Virus record (IMG/VR): IMGVR_UViG_3300037310_000117
Location: 1-57,369 of that record
Direction: 5' to 3' (one strand)
Source: a virus
Lineage: Duplodnaviria; Caudoviricetes
DNA: 57,369 nucleotides
Position 1 is the first letter of the stretch. Each line of letters starts with the position of its first letter. The notes under the pieces are model-generated. The model was not told the origin of the DNA. It searched no databases and saw only the letters and a program-made list of their open reading frames with translations. Below are positions 47,727 through 57,139 of the stretch, in pieces. The position numbers and the translations under genes are program-made.

Positions 47727-49323
47727 TAGAATCGTGGGGATAGACCTCGGCACGTCTACAACGTCCGTCGCGGCCGTTGATCGCGGCAATGCGCGGCTGC
47801 TCGGCCACGAAGAGCGCGCGCGCGTCATCCCGTCGGTGGTCGGATTCGCGGCCAAGGGCGACATCGTGGTCGGCCACGCCGCGCGGGCGCAGCTCGAGAC
47901 CAGCCCTGAATACACCTACACAGGGCTGAAGCGGCTGCTGGGGCGGCGCGCCGACGATCCGCATGTGACGGAGTGGGCGGATCTGGTGGCCTACGAGATC
48001 GCCCCAGGCCCCGAAGGTGAAGCGTTCGTGCGGGGGCCGGATCGGCTCTATTCTCCGATCGAGCTCATCGCGCACATCTTCAAGGAGCGGAAGGAGACCG
48101 CCGAAGCGGTGCTGAATGAGGAGGTCACCAAGGCGGTGATCGGCGCGCCGGCGCACTTCGACATGATCCAGAAGGAGGCACTGCGTCAGGCGTCGCGGCT
48201 GGGCGGGATCGAGCCGGTGCGGCTCCTGTCGGAGCCAACCGCGGCGGCCGTGGCCTACGGCGTCGACCGCGCGCAGAACCGGACCATCGCCATCTATGAT
48301 TTCGGCGGCGGCACGTTCGACGTCACGCTGCTCAAGATTACCGGGCAGAAATTTCGCCCGCTGGCGACGGCCGGCGATGCGTTCCTTGGCGGCGAGGACT
48401 TTGACCAGCGCATCGTCGAGTGGCTGATCTCGCGCTTCAAGGAAAAGCACGGCATCGACTTGCGCGACGATCCGTCGGCCTGGAATCGGGTGCGGCTTGC
48501 GGCTGAGAAAGCCAAGCACGAATTGTCGGCGGTGCTGTCGTGGACGGTTCACGCCAAGTACATCGCCGACGCCGACAACCGCTCGCGGCTGTTGGATCTC
48601 ACCGATACGCTGGACCGCGAAGTGTTCAACGAGCTGGTCGCCGATCTGGTCGACCGCACCAAGCAGCCGTGCCGCGACGCGCTCAAGAAGGCCAAGATCG
48701 GCGTGCGCGACATTGACGAAGTGGTGCTGGTGGGCGGCATGACGCGCATGCCGCTGGTGCAGGAAGTGGTGCAGACGATCTTCGACCGGGTGCCTTCGCG
48801 GCGGATTGATCCGGTCGCGGCCGTCGCGCTCGGCTGCGCGTTGCAGGGCGCAGCGCTCGCCGGCGAGATGAAGTCGGTCGCGCTGACGGACGTGCTGTCA
48901 CGCTCGCTTGGCGTTGAAGTCGGCAACGGCGCCATGGTTCCGATCCTGAAAGCTGGCCGTCAGATTCCGGCGCGTGAGACGGTGCGGTTCGGCCTGGCCG
49001 TTGCTGGCGCGGACGCCGCCGCGGTGCGCGTGTGCGAAGGCGATCTGAAAGTGGCAGCAGAGAATCCGCAGTTGGCGGTGCTGGTGCTGAACGATCTTGC
49101 TCAGCACGCGCCGCCGAAGGCGCCGCTGATCGACGTCACCTTTGATCTCAATGACGACGGCATGTTGACCGTGACGGCTGCGGACGTCGCCACCAAGGCG
49201 CGGGTGGTGCATCGACTGCACGCTGAGACCGGCATGAGTGCGGAGGAGATGAAGGGGCTGCGTGAAGCTGGGATGGATGCGGGGGAGGAATTCGAAGCGG
49301 GCGAAACCGAAGAAGCAGCGTAG
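47719..49323 (+). CDS. Hsp70/DnaK-family chaperone lacking the helical lid
   Basis: GIDLGT, KRLLGR, SEPTAAA, YDFGGGTFDV, LGGEDFD, LVGGMTRMP; 534 aa. Confidence 0.95.
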   Translation: MSNRIVGIDLGTSTTSVAAVDRGNARLLGHEERARVIPSVVGFAAKGDIVVGHAARAQLETSPEYTYTGLKRLLGRRADDPHVTEWADLVAYEIAPGPEGEAFVRGPDRLYSPIELIAHIFKERKETAEAVLNEEVTKAVIGAPAHFDMIQKEALRQASRLGGIEPVRLLSEPTAAAVAYGVDRAQNRTIAIYDFGGGTFDVTLLKITGQKFRPLATAGDAFLGGEDFDQRIVEWLISRFKEKHGIDLRDDPSAWNRVRLAAEKAKHELSAVLSWTVHAKYIADADNRSRLLDLTDTLDREVFNELVADLVDRTKQPCRDALKKAKIGVRDIDEVVLVGGMTRMPLVQEVVQTIFDRVPSRRIDPVAAVALGCALQGAALAGEMKSVALTDVLSRSLGVEVGNGAMVPILKAGRQIPARETVRFGLAVAGADAAAVRVCEGDLKVAAENPQLAVLVLNDLAQHAPPKAPLIDVTFDLNDDGMLTVTAADVATKARVVHRLHAETGMSAEEMKGLREAGMDAGEEFEAGETEEAA

Positions 49324-49337
49324 AGGAGTAGGAAACG

Positions 49338-49472
49338 ATGAAAGACTTGCTACCGCCCGGCTGGAAGCTTTGGCATCCGATCGTGTTCGCGATATTGTTT
49401 GTCGTCGGCGCGCGCCTTGCCGATCCGCTGATCAACTTTCTGCTCGGCCTCGCGAACCGCGCGGCCGGCTGA
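49338..49472 (+). CDS. 44-aa membrane peptide
   Basis: GAGGAG/AGGA SD; WHPIVFAILFVVGA. Confidence 0.55.
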   Translation: MKDLLPPGWKLWHPIVFAILFVVGARLADPLINFLLGLANRAAG

Positions 49473-49589
49473 CAGGCTTGTCCGCCGCTTCATTCGGCGG
49501 CCAGAAGATCAGAAACAGGATGAGCGCGGCGAGAGCGAGCATGAGCGCAGAAGCGCTGCAATGCTGCGCGGGGCAATTGCGCCAAAAGA

Positions 49590-49620
49590 AATAGGCCCGA
49601 CTGGTTAGGTCGGGCCTATT
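49590..49620. terminator. Bidirectional terminator ending the late region
   Basis: AATAGGCCCGA/TCGGGCCTATT 11-bp stem between convergent genes. Confidence 0.75.
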
Positions 49621-49626
49621 AAGTCG

Positions 49627-50478
49627 TTAGGTATTGACGAGCACCCACGCATGTTTTTTCGAGCAGCCGATTTCGCGGGCGATGCGCGAGTAAGGCATCG
49701 GCTGCTCGGGGTTGGCGTTCCGCAATTCGCGGGCGCGTTCCCGCATCGTGGCTAGGGAAACGACGTTCGTTTCGCCGGTAGTTTCCGGCGGCGTTTCCGG
49801 CGTTTCCTGTTCAGTGTTTCGGGACCGCTGCGTTTCCGCAGCAATAAACGAAGCGCCTGCGCCGATCGCCCAGAGGCCAAGCGCCTTGCAGAGCTCGGCC
49901 ATCCAGAACCCCAATCGCACTTGCCACGCCGCGAACGGCGCGACGACTTCAGCCGTCACCGGCTGGCGATCGAGTTCTGCTTGCGCTTCCGACGCATCCT
50001 GACGAGCCTGCAGTGTGGCGCGTTCCCACGCCGCTTGCATGCCTGCCTGACGCGCGCGCATCGTTTCCGCTCCGGGTAGCAGATAATCGTAAGCGCTGAT
50101 GCGCGTGTTTGCGTCAGCTAGCTTCTGACGCAGCTCGCCGCGCGCGGCGTCGAGCGTTCTTTGTGCTTCGCGGCGCTGGCTGTCGAGATGACGAACCATT
50201 GACGCGTCCCACGCACGTTCTGCGCCGATCACATTGAAGCCGGCGCAGACGACGAGGATGAGACCGCAGACTGCCGAAGCGGTGTAACGCTTCGACCGGA
50301 TTGCGATCTCGGTCATCACTGCCATCACGAAGCCGATCAGCTCGGCGCAGAGCGCGACGACAGCGAGGATGTAGAAGCCTTCGGCGATCCATTGCTGGAC
50401 GTTGAACACCGCGAGGCCGATCATCAGAAGCAGCAGGCTTGCGCCGGCGCCCCAACGGATGTAGTTGTGTCCTTGCAT
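49627..50478 (-). CDS. Membrane protein (3 TM + coiled coil + TM) with a C-terminal HTH
   Basis: AAGGAG SD; PYSRIAREIGCSKKHAW HTH; ETP-repeat linker. Confidence 0.75.
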   Translation of the reverse strand: MQGHNYIRWGAGASLLLLMIGLAVFNVQQWIAEGFYILAVVALCAELIGFVMAVMTEIAIRSKRYTASAVCGLILVVCAGFNVIGAERAWDASMVRHLDSQRREAQRTLDAARGELRQKLADANTRISAYDYLLPGAETMRARQAGMQAAWERATLQARQDASEAQAELDRQPVTAEVVAPFAAWQVRLGFWMAELCKALGLWAIGAGASFIAAETQRSRNTEQETPETPPETTGETNVVSLATMRERARELRNANPEQPMPYSRIAREIGCSKKHAWVLVNT

Positions 50479-50538
50479 AGTGACACTCCTTTGCCGCCCT
50501 CACGGGCGGCTTTCTTTTGCTGATACCTATGGGGTGAG

Positions 50539-50612
50539 AATCAAAAAGCCCGGCCGAGACGGCACAGCCATTTGGACATGGCTTCGCACCGCCCCGGTTC
50601 GGGCCTTTGATT
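50539..50612 (-). ncRNA. Long RNA hairpin in the leader of 49627..50478
   Basis: AAUCAAAG-GCCCG-CCGGGGCGGUGC-AGCCAU stems that need G-U pairs, so minus-strand specific. Confidence 0.5.
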
Positions 50613-50724
50613 TTGTCGTCTGGGGGTCCCGGCCTTCTTCCCGTTCTTGCGGCCTTTGCGGCTCAGCCTCTTCGGTGGTGTTCCCTAGTTCGGTGCGGTC
50701 AGGGCCAGATCGACAATCAAGACT

Positions 50725-50777
50725 CTAGCATGGTCACTAGTGACGTGTCTAGTGACAGGCCCAAATAAATATGCTAG
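50725..50777. promoter_or_regulatory. Palindromic operator in a divergent promoter region
   Basis: GTCACTAGTGAC palindrome, second CTAGTGAC, flanking CTAGCAT/ATGCTAG. Confidence 0.55.
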
Positions 50778-50786
50778 TGTTTTCAG

Positions 50787-51002
50787 ATGGCAACCCCAGG
50801 CAAGAAGCGCACCGCTGAGTGGCGCAAGCAACTTACGGCTCAAGGCTATAAGCAAAAGGCGCTGATGCTGTCGCCGCAGGCGCTCAAGGATCTGGCGGCG
50901 GTTAAGCACCGTTTCGAGCAGTCGACCGATGCAGACGCGGTGGCACTGGCGCTTCGGCAGCTGGCGGTGGCGCCGTCGAATGCACCGAAGCGGCGGCGGT
51001 AG
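50787..51002 (+). CDS. Small ribbon-helix-helix-like DNA-binding protein
   Basis: GYKQKALMLSPQA…STDADAVALAL. Confidence 0.6.
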   Translation: MATPGKKRTAEWRKQLTAQGYKQKALMLSPQALKDLAAVKHRFEQSTDADAVALALRQLAVAPSNAPKRRR

Positions 51003-51362
51003 TCACACGTCTCGTTTGGGCGGGGCAGTGCTTGGGCCAATCGACTCAAGGATCATGTCCTGCAGATCCTTTAGTTGCGCCATCTGATCGACGCGGTAGC
51101 GGATCTCGGTCACAAACAATACCGACCGCTCCACGCGCTTGGCATGCACGCGCGTTTTACCGAAGAAGCGGCGACCGTCCTCTAGTTCCCAATCGAATGT
51201 GGGCGCAGTGAGGCCGGTCTTGCGGTTCTTCGATCGCCCACCCCAGAAGACCTCGCCTTCGTCGTGGTACTCATCTGGCTCGCGCCACATCCAATTATCG
51301 CGCAATTGGATAGACCGCACCGGGTAGCCCATGCGGCGGAAATCTTCCGCGAGCCGCTTCAT
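51003..51362 (-). CDS. Hypothetical protein
   Basis: 119-aa ORF with protein-like composition. Confidence 0.5.
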   Translation of the reverse strand: MKRLAEDFRRMGYPVRSIQLRDNWMWREPDEYHDEGEVFWGGRSKNRKTGLTAPTFDWELEDGRRFFGKTRVHAKRVERSVLFVTEIRYRVDQMAQLKDLQDMILESIGPSTAPPKRDV

Positions 51363-51414
51363 CGGACCTAATTATAGACTTCGCACCACAAGAAAAATAA
51401 CAGCGTGAAAACAA

Positions 51415-51723
51415 ATGCTTGGGTTGCTTGTGCGAGCTAAGCCTTTGACATACCTAGCTGAAAAAAAGTCCGCCTTGTGGCGCGAAAGTAGGAACAAAAG
51501 CACAGCGAATGACCGTATTCAGTCGCGCGTGTGCGCGCGTGAGCCCTACGAATCCCGGGTTGAAATCACCCCTCAGATGGTCGCTGCTGGCGTCGCTTCT
51601 TTCCACCGTCTGACGGAGGACCGCTTTCCGGCGGACTGGCCGCTGGCGGACTTGGTGGTATCGGAACTTTACCTTGCGATGGAATTATCGCGCGGCGATG
51701 CCACTCCATCAGACGGGCGCTGA
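51415..51723 (+). CDS. Small 'EITPxMxxAG' protein (start uncertain)
   Basis: EITPQMVAAGV…LYLAM pattern seen in alphaproteobacterial mobile DNA. Confidence 0.45.
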   Translation: MLGLLVRAKPLTYLAEKKSALWRESRNKSTANDRIQSRVCAREPYESRVEITPQMVAAGVASFHRLTEDRFPADWPLADLVVSELYLAMELSRGDATPSDGR

Positions 51724-52345
51724 TCTTGGACAGTTCCTCAGTGAGCGCAGCGTATTTTTCGGCGAAGTCATCATCCTCCGCCCACGCGGCTAGCCGTGCC
51801 TTTGTGATCTTGGTGGCCGATGGCTCCGCTTCGTCGCCTTTTGCGTACAGGCCGACTTTGCCGTAGTACGTCTCGCCGCCGTCCTTGATCTCGATGGCCG
51901 CCACTTCAATCCGAGAGTTTGGCGTACTGGCGATGGCCGCGACTTGGTCGGAGAAATCCTTGAGCTGTGTCACGCTTGCGTCTGGCGCCTTCCCTCCTTT
52001 CGGTAGGTACAGTCCTAGGAGAGCGCCGTAACGCTCAACGAAGGCCCCGATCGTGTTGGCGTTTTCCATGACGATCATGGCCGTACCGGCCGCCGTCGCG
52101 AGCCAGGGCATCAAGTCGGCTTTGATGCAGCCTGCTCTAACCTCTCTCACGAAGAGCGTGGCGTTAGGGTCGGCGTCCGGCTTCTCAGCGCGGATATACC
52201 GGTCATACTCCGAGCCAACCGATGTGAAGGCTCCGACGAACTCTCTCAGCTCAATCGGATCGCTCGTGTCCAGCTTCACCCTTATGAAGGGTCCCGCCCA
52301 TTCCATGAACTGAGCGTATGAGGGGAACCTCCGGTTGTCACTCAT
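51566..52345 (-). CDS. Hypothetical accessory protein, possibly chimeric/truncated
   Basis: PIELREFVGAF…LFVREVRAGCI N-domain; low-complexity C-terminus overlaps the opposite ORF. Confidence 0.55.
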   Translation of the reverse strand: MSDNRRFPSYAQFMEWAGPFIRVKLDTSDPIELREFVGAFTSVGSEYDRYIRAEKPDADPNATLFVREVRAGCIKADLMPWLATAAGTAMIVMENANTIGAFVERYGALLGLYLPKGGKAPDASVTQLKDFSDQVAAIASTPNSRIEVAAIEIKDGGETYYGKVGLYAKGDEAEPSATKITKARLAAWAEDDDFAEKYAALTEELSKISARLMEWHRRAIIPSQGKVPIPPSPPAASPPESGPPSDGGKKRRQQRPSEG

Positions 52346-52363
52346 GGGCTGCGTCTTTTTCTC

Positions 52364-52717
52364 TCAGAGCGCACTTAGGACACTACCTACTTCTGGAGGG
52401 CGATGCACGGCCTTGCCAAGCATCCGGCTGTTCTGATTGACTCGCATGATCCAAGCCTCGCCTTCGCGAACGGTTTCCATGGTCACGTCATGCAGTTCGA
52501 GAATGGGCTCGCCGTCCAGAAATATCGTCTGCCATGCTTCGCCCTTGTAGCGCTCAGAGCGCATCCGCGCGGCAATGTCCGCTTCGGTGAGCGACGCAAT
52601 GCGTTGGGCTACGCAATCGAAACTCATTTGGGCGCTTCCTGTTTCGAGAAATGCTCTGCGGGGATCATACGCCGCCCCATTAGCGGCTTGGGAAGCTGAA
52701 ACCAATGCTCTCGGCAA
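52364..52717 (-). CDS. Hypothetical protein
   Basis: ORF in the minus-strand early cluster. Confidence 0.4.
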   Translation of the reverse strand: MPRALVSASQAANGAAYDPRRAFLETGSAQMSFDCVAQRIASLTEADIAARMRSERYKGEAWQTIFLDGEPILELHDVTMETVREGEAWIMRVNQNSRMLGKAVHRPPEVGSVLSAL

Positions 52718-52769
52718 GCGAGTTGCCCCGGCTTCGCTTCGGCCTCACACTTCGGGTTGGCGCACTTGC

Positions 52770-53042
52770 TCATGCGTCACGTCCTCCCTGTACGTGTCCA
52801 TTTTCGGAGACAGCCTGCGGCGAGACGTTTACTTTGGCTCTCGCGGCGTGCTCGCCGCAAAAATCGTCAGCTGTCGTTGCGGGCCAAATGCCCTGGTAAT
52901 CACGAAACCGGTACTGTTCGGCAGCGCTTATGGAAGTCATCGGCGGAAGCTGTGGCGCATTGAGACGGCATGAGCCGTCGCCTCTGTAGGCGTTCGGCTT
53001 GGTGTGCCACCAAATGCAAGTCTTGCAGCTGCGCTCACTCAC
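52770..53042 (-). CDS. Small Cys-rich phage protein (CxxC…C…P…WP…CGE)
   Basis: GAGGATGAGG SD; CKTCIWW…CRLNAP…WPATTADDFCGEH. Confidence 0.75.
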   Translation of the reverse strand: MSERSCKTCIWWHTKPNAYRGDGSCRLNAPQLPPMTSISAAEQYRFRDYQGIWPATTADDFCGEHAARAKVNVSPQAVSENGHVQGGRDA

Positions 53043-53102
53043 CTCATCCTCCTCGTATCGTTCCGCCGTCGCGGGCTGCCTGGATCAAGAGCGCCCCTGC
53101 GG

Positions 53103-53432
53103 TCAGCCTACCCCAGCTTGCCGCAGAATCCGCGCCGCCACCCCGAACGCCTCGGCGGCGCCGGCTACCTGCGCAGCCTGCATTCCGGCTGGCCAGCGCT
53201 CGTGCCGGTCGCCCCGGCACTCTTCATTCAGCCTGTCTTGGTTACGCTCGCAGAGCAGCGCGGGCGTCGGATGCGTTGCGAGCGCCGCGGCGCACACCGA
53301 AAGCATGTTCGCCAGCTTCGGATGCGTAGCGGCGGCTTCGCTTTTCAGCTCGCGCGAGGCGGCGGCGAGCGCGAGGCCACGATCAACGGAGGACATGACG
53401 GCATCGATGGAAATGGAGACAGCTTGAAGCAT
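53103..53432 (-). CDS. Hypothetical protein
   Basis: First ORF after the leftward promoter; AAAGGG SD. Confidence 0.55.
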   Translation of the reverse strand: MLQAVSISIDAVMSSVDRGLALAAASRELKSEAAATHPKLANMLSVCAAALATHPTPALLCERNQDRLNEECRGDRHERWPAGMQAAQVAGAAEAFGVAARILRQAGVG

Positions 53433-53461
53433 CTGGTTTCGCCCTTTCAGAAAGAGCGGGC

Positions 53462-53535
53462 ACCGTAGGCGCGTTCGCCGTCATTGTCAAACTTTTCGCT
53501 TCGAACGTTGACAATCACTTGGCGTTGTGTACCGT
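53462..53535. promoter_or_regulatory. Back-to-back divergent sigma70 promoters
   Basis: Minus: TTGACA(53490-85)-N17-TACGGT; plus: TTGACA(53508-13)-N16-TACCGT. Confidence 0.7.
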
Positions 53536-53542
53536 GCCGTTG

Positions 53543-53716
53543 ATGAAAACACGAAAGGCTAAAGCCAAGGTGCAGAAGACGGAGACGATCGGCGGACGCG
53601 TCACGGCGGACGTAAAGCAGCGCCTGCGCGAGCAGGCTGCCGCAGACCAGCGCACCCTGGGAAGCCTTGTTGGAAAGATACTCACAGAAGCGTCGAAACG
53701 GGGGGCGAAGAAATGA
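53543..53716 (+). CDS. Arc/RHH-type repressor
   Basis: TETIGGRVTADVKQRLREQAAADQRTLGSLVGKIL. Confidence 0.8.
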   Translation: MKTRKAKAKVQKTETIGGRVTADVKQRLREQAAADQRTLGSLVGKILTEASKRGAKK

Positions 53717-54114
53717 ACGACCGCGACTACACCAGCGATCCCGGCTCAGCCTATCTGCAGTCCGCGCTGCGCACGTTCTGGGCGCTGCGCACCGATGGCG
53801 AGACAGCGCCGACATTCGTCCGCGCTTTCGTCGCCGGCAATCCGCGCGGCCATTCGCGCCGGTTCGACTTGCGCTCGGATATGGTCGACGGTACGCCGCG
53901 CGGGTTTGCGTGGCGGTGGGATGCGAAGAAGCGGAAGTGGGGGTTGGTGAAAAATGAGCGCGCCGGGACTGCGAACATACCGCCAGAAATGGTGGGCGCG
54001 GATGACACCGGCCGAAAAACTCGCGTTCGTGGCGAAACGCAACGCCAAGCGCCTCGTAAGTCCCTACGCCGGCACGAAGCGCGACTCCTACAAGATGCGG
54101 CTTCTGTTTCGTGA
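53713..54114 (+). CDS. Hypothetical protein
   Basis: ATGA overlap with the RHH gene. Confidence 0.5.
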   Translation: MNDRDYTSDPGSAYLQSALRTFWALRTDGETAPTFVRAFVAGNPRGHSRRFDLRSDMVDGTPRGFAWRWDAKKRKWGLVKNERAGTANIPPEMVGADDTGRKTRVRGETQRQAPRKSLRRHEARLLQDAASVS

Positions 54115-54143
54115 CCCGCTAACCGTTGTTAAGGAGCATCACA

Positions 54144-54922
<779 letters not shown>

Positions 54923-54926
<4 letters not shown>

Positions 54927-55429
54927 CCCGCCGCCCGCTCCGCCGCGCTGACGTCAGCAAACGCGCCGCCCGGAAGTGGGACGCGATCGCGCAGGGCGCG
55001 CCGGATCTGCTGGACGATGCGGACTTCGCGCATCCGTATCCGTCGTCAAAGGCGCGCCAGCCGCTCAAGCAGACCGAGAAAACCGAGGTTCAGCGTCCGC
55101 TGGTTGTCTATCTGCGCAGGCACTTGCCGGCCGACTCGGTGGTGTTCGCAATCCCCAATGCAGCGCGGTCGCGCGCGCAGATTTTCTCGCTCATGCGTGA
55201 CGGCATGTTGCCTGGCGCGCCGGACATCTGCGTCATCACTCGCGACGCCGACGGGAAGCGCTGGCTGGGATTCATTGAGTGCAAGCACCCCAACGGCGGG
55301 CGCCTCAGCGACGTGCAGATCGAAGTGCAGGCGCGCATTGGCGCACTCGGGTTTCCCGTCCTTTCCGAATGCCGCTCCGTCGAGCAGGCGGTGGCGTGGA
55401 TGCATCAGCAGGGAGTGCCGGTGAGATGA
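54923..55429 (+). CDS. VRR-NUC domain nuclease
   Basis: FAIPN…GMLPGAPDI…FIECK…GRLSDVQ…RSVEQA. Confidence 0.88.
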
Positions 55430-55466
55430 GCGCGATTTCCTCTGTGCTGGAACGGGAGGCGGAGGC

Positions 55467-55637
55467 TTGAGCTTTAGATACGGCTCCGTGTGTTCTGGAA
55501 TGGAAGCAGCGACGCTTGCGTGGGCGCCGCTCGGCTGGCGATGCGCGTTCGTTTCTGAGATTGAGAAGGCGCCGTGCGCGCTGTTGAAGCATCACTATCC
55601 CGACGTTCCGAACTTCGGGGACATGACGAAGTTTGAG
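55467..55637 (+). pseudogene. dcm: C5-cytosine DNA methyltransferase N-terminus, truncated by an IS
   Basis: YGSVCSGMEAA…VSEIE…HHYPDVPNFGDMTKFE, then IS end; catalytic PC motif absent. Confidence 0.88.
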
Positions 55638-55654
55638 GGATGCCTATCCGGCTT

Positions 55655-56644
55655 CTACCCATGACCACTAACCGTGGGGTGCTTCCACTCTCCGCTGTAG
55701 AGATCGGCGTAGGTCGGCGCTTCGCAGTCGCCGCCGATGCCCAACAGCGAGCGGAAGGCGTTGAACGGGTAGAAGCGCCGGTTAAAGCGGAACGTGAACT
55801 CATTGAGGTAGGCTTGCAGATGTTGCGGGCTGACGCCGTGGTGAGCGCCGTTGATCCAAGTTTTCAGGTTCGAGAAAACCAAGTGGATGATCGGCAGGTA
55901 TTCCTCGGCAACGGCGGGATCGCCGCCCTCGGTCACGGCAAGGTGCTGGTAGCCGCGCCGCTCAAGGCTGGCGTAGCCCTGCCAGTTGTCGGTGACGATC
56001 ATGGCGGACGGATCGACCGCGCCTTCCACGAAGCCACACAGGCTCTTGGCTGTGCGATCCGGCAGGGCTTCCATGCGGAGCCGCCCGGCGATGCGACCAC
56101 CCCGACGCTTGCCGGGCTTTTCCTTGTGACGGACTTCGACCGCCGCGATCACCGGGATTTGGTAGTGGACGCCCCGGCCTTCGCCTTGCGTCTTGCCGCC
56201 AACCCAGGTTTCATCGACTTCAACGTGAGCGCAATCGTGGCCGATCATGTCGCGGCCTTGGCGGACCATTCCGGCCCGCAGCTTGTGCAGGATTTGGAAG
56301 GCCGTCTCGTAGCGGGTGAGGCCAAGCTGGCGCTGAAATTGGACCGCCGACATGCCGCTGGTGAGTGTCGAGACAAGATAGGTGCCCCAGAACCACGTCG
56401 AGAGCGGCGTGTGCGTCCGCTCCATCACCGTGCCCGCCGTCAGGCTCGTATCCTTCCGGCATTTCCGGCAACGCAGCACGCCGGGGCGGGCTTCAAAGCG
56501 GAACGGTTCACCCGCTTGGGCGCATTTCGGGCAGGCGAACACCTTGGGCCAGCGGATGCGTTCAAGGTAGTCGGCGCACGCCTGATCGTTCGGGAAGAGC
56601 CGCTGAAACTCGGGCAGGGAGCGGGGGAACGGAAGGTCAGCCAT
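55655..56644 (-). CDS. tnp: IS1595 (ISXO2-like DDE) transposase
   Basis: Zn ribbon CPKC…CRKC, VEVDET, IVTDNW..Y, LQAYLNEFTFRFNRR. Confidence 0.95.
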   Translation of the reverse strand: MADLPFPRSLPEFQRLFPNDQACADYLERIRWPKVFACPKCAQAGEPFRFEARPGVLRCRKCRKDTSLTAGTVMERTHTPLSTWFWGTYLVSTLTSGMSAVQFQRQLGLTRYETAFQILHKLRAGMVRQGRDMIGHDCAHVEVDETWVGGKTQGEGRGVHYQIPVIAAVEVRHKEKPGKRRGGRIAGRLRMEALPDRTAKSLCGFVEGAVDPSAMIVTDNWQGYASLERRGYQHLAVTEGGDPAVAEEYLPIIHLVFSNLKTWINGAHHGVSPQHLQAYLNEFTFRFNRRFYPFNAFRSLLGIGGDCEAPTYADLYSGEWKHPTVSGHG

Positions 56645-56645
56645 G

Positions 56646-56807
56646 TCAACCGCTCGCCTCCGGGAGATCGTCGCCGCAGCGGTCCTCAAGCTCTTCCAGC
56701 CCATCCGCAAGCGCACATTCAGCGGAAAGCCACTCGCCCCGTTCCTCATCTGTGGCGTGCCAATCGGGCGGCGTGGTTTTCCAGATGTCGTAATTCGAGA
56801 ACATCAT
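56646..56807 (-). CDS. 53-aa acidic passenger protein (MMFSNYDIWKTTPP…)
   Basis: ATGA-coupled to the upstream ORF; stop 1 nt before the tnp ATG; not in the ORF track. Confidence 0.6.
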   Translation of the reverse strand: MMFSNYDIWKTTPPDWHATDEERGEWLSAECALADGLEELEDRCGDDLPEASG

Positions 56808-57052
56808 CCGCCCACCAACGTGCGATTTTCACTGATCTTCTTGCACAGCACCCAAGCGTGCATCTTCGCGTCCTCGAACAAACGGAAGCTGTCACGCGGC
56901 CAGCCCTCAAAATCGACGATCCAGCGGTGCGGAGCGTCGATGCTCCGGTAGATGGCAGTCCGCACCGCCCCATCGCGGGCTTGCATCAAGATTGTGTATT
57001 TCCCTGGGTAGTCGCGAGTGATCGAAGCGCTGTTACCGAAAAGTCGGGCCAT
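56804..57052 (-). CDS. 82-aa passenger protein
   Basis: AAAGGAG SD before MARLFG; first ORF after the IS promoter. Confidence 0.7.
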   Translation of the reverse strand: MARLFGNSASITRDYPGKYTILMQARDGAVRTAIYRSIDAPHRWIVDFEGWPRDSFRLFEDAKMHAWVLCKKISENRTLVGG

Positions 57053-57077
57053 GACCAAATCTCCTTTCGACCCACCC

Positions 57078-57106
57078 AACATAGCACTAGTAGATGTGGG
57101 TGTCAA
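57078..57106 (-). promoter_or_regulatory. Sigma70 promoter with -35 inside the IS left TIR
   Basis: TTGACA-N17-TATGTT. Confidence 0.7.
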
Positions 57107-57139
57107 CCGGATAGGCATGCTTGGGAATGTAGAACTACG

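Larger units (their letters stand above)
55638..57120 (-). mobile_element. IS1595-family element with two upstream passenger ORFs
   Basis: Terminal inverted repeats ggATGCCTATCCGGcttctACCCA / gcATGCCTATCCGGttgacACCCA (19/24); no target duplication found. Confidence 0.88.

Noticed and set aside
10846-48552. Numerous long minus-strand ORFs opposite late genes
   Set aside because: Expected antisense shadows in high-GC coding DNA; no motifs or SDs
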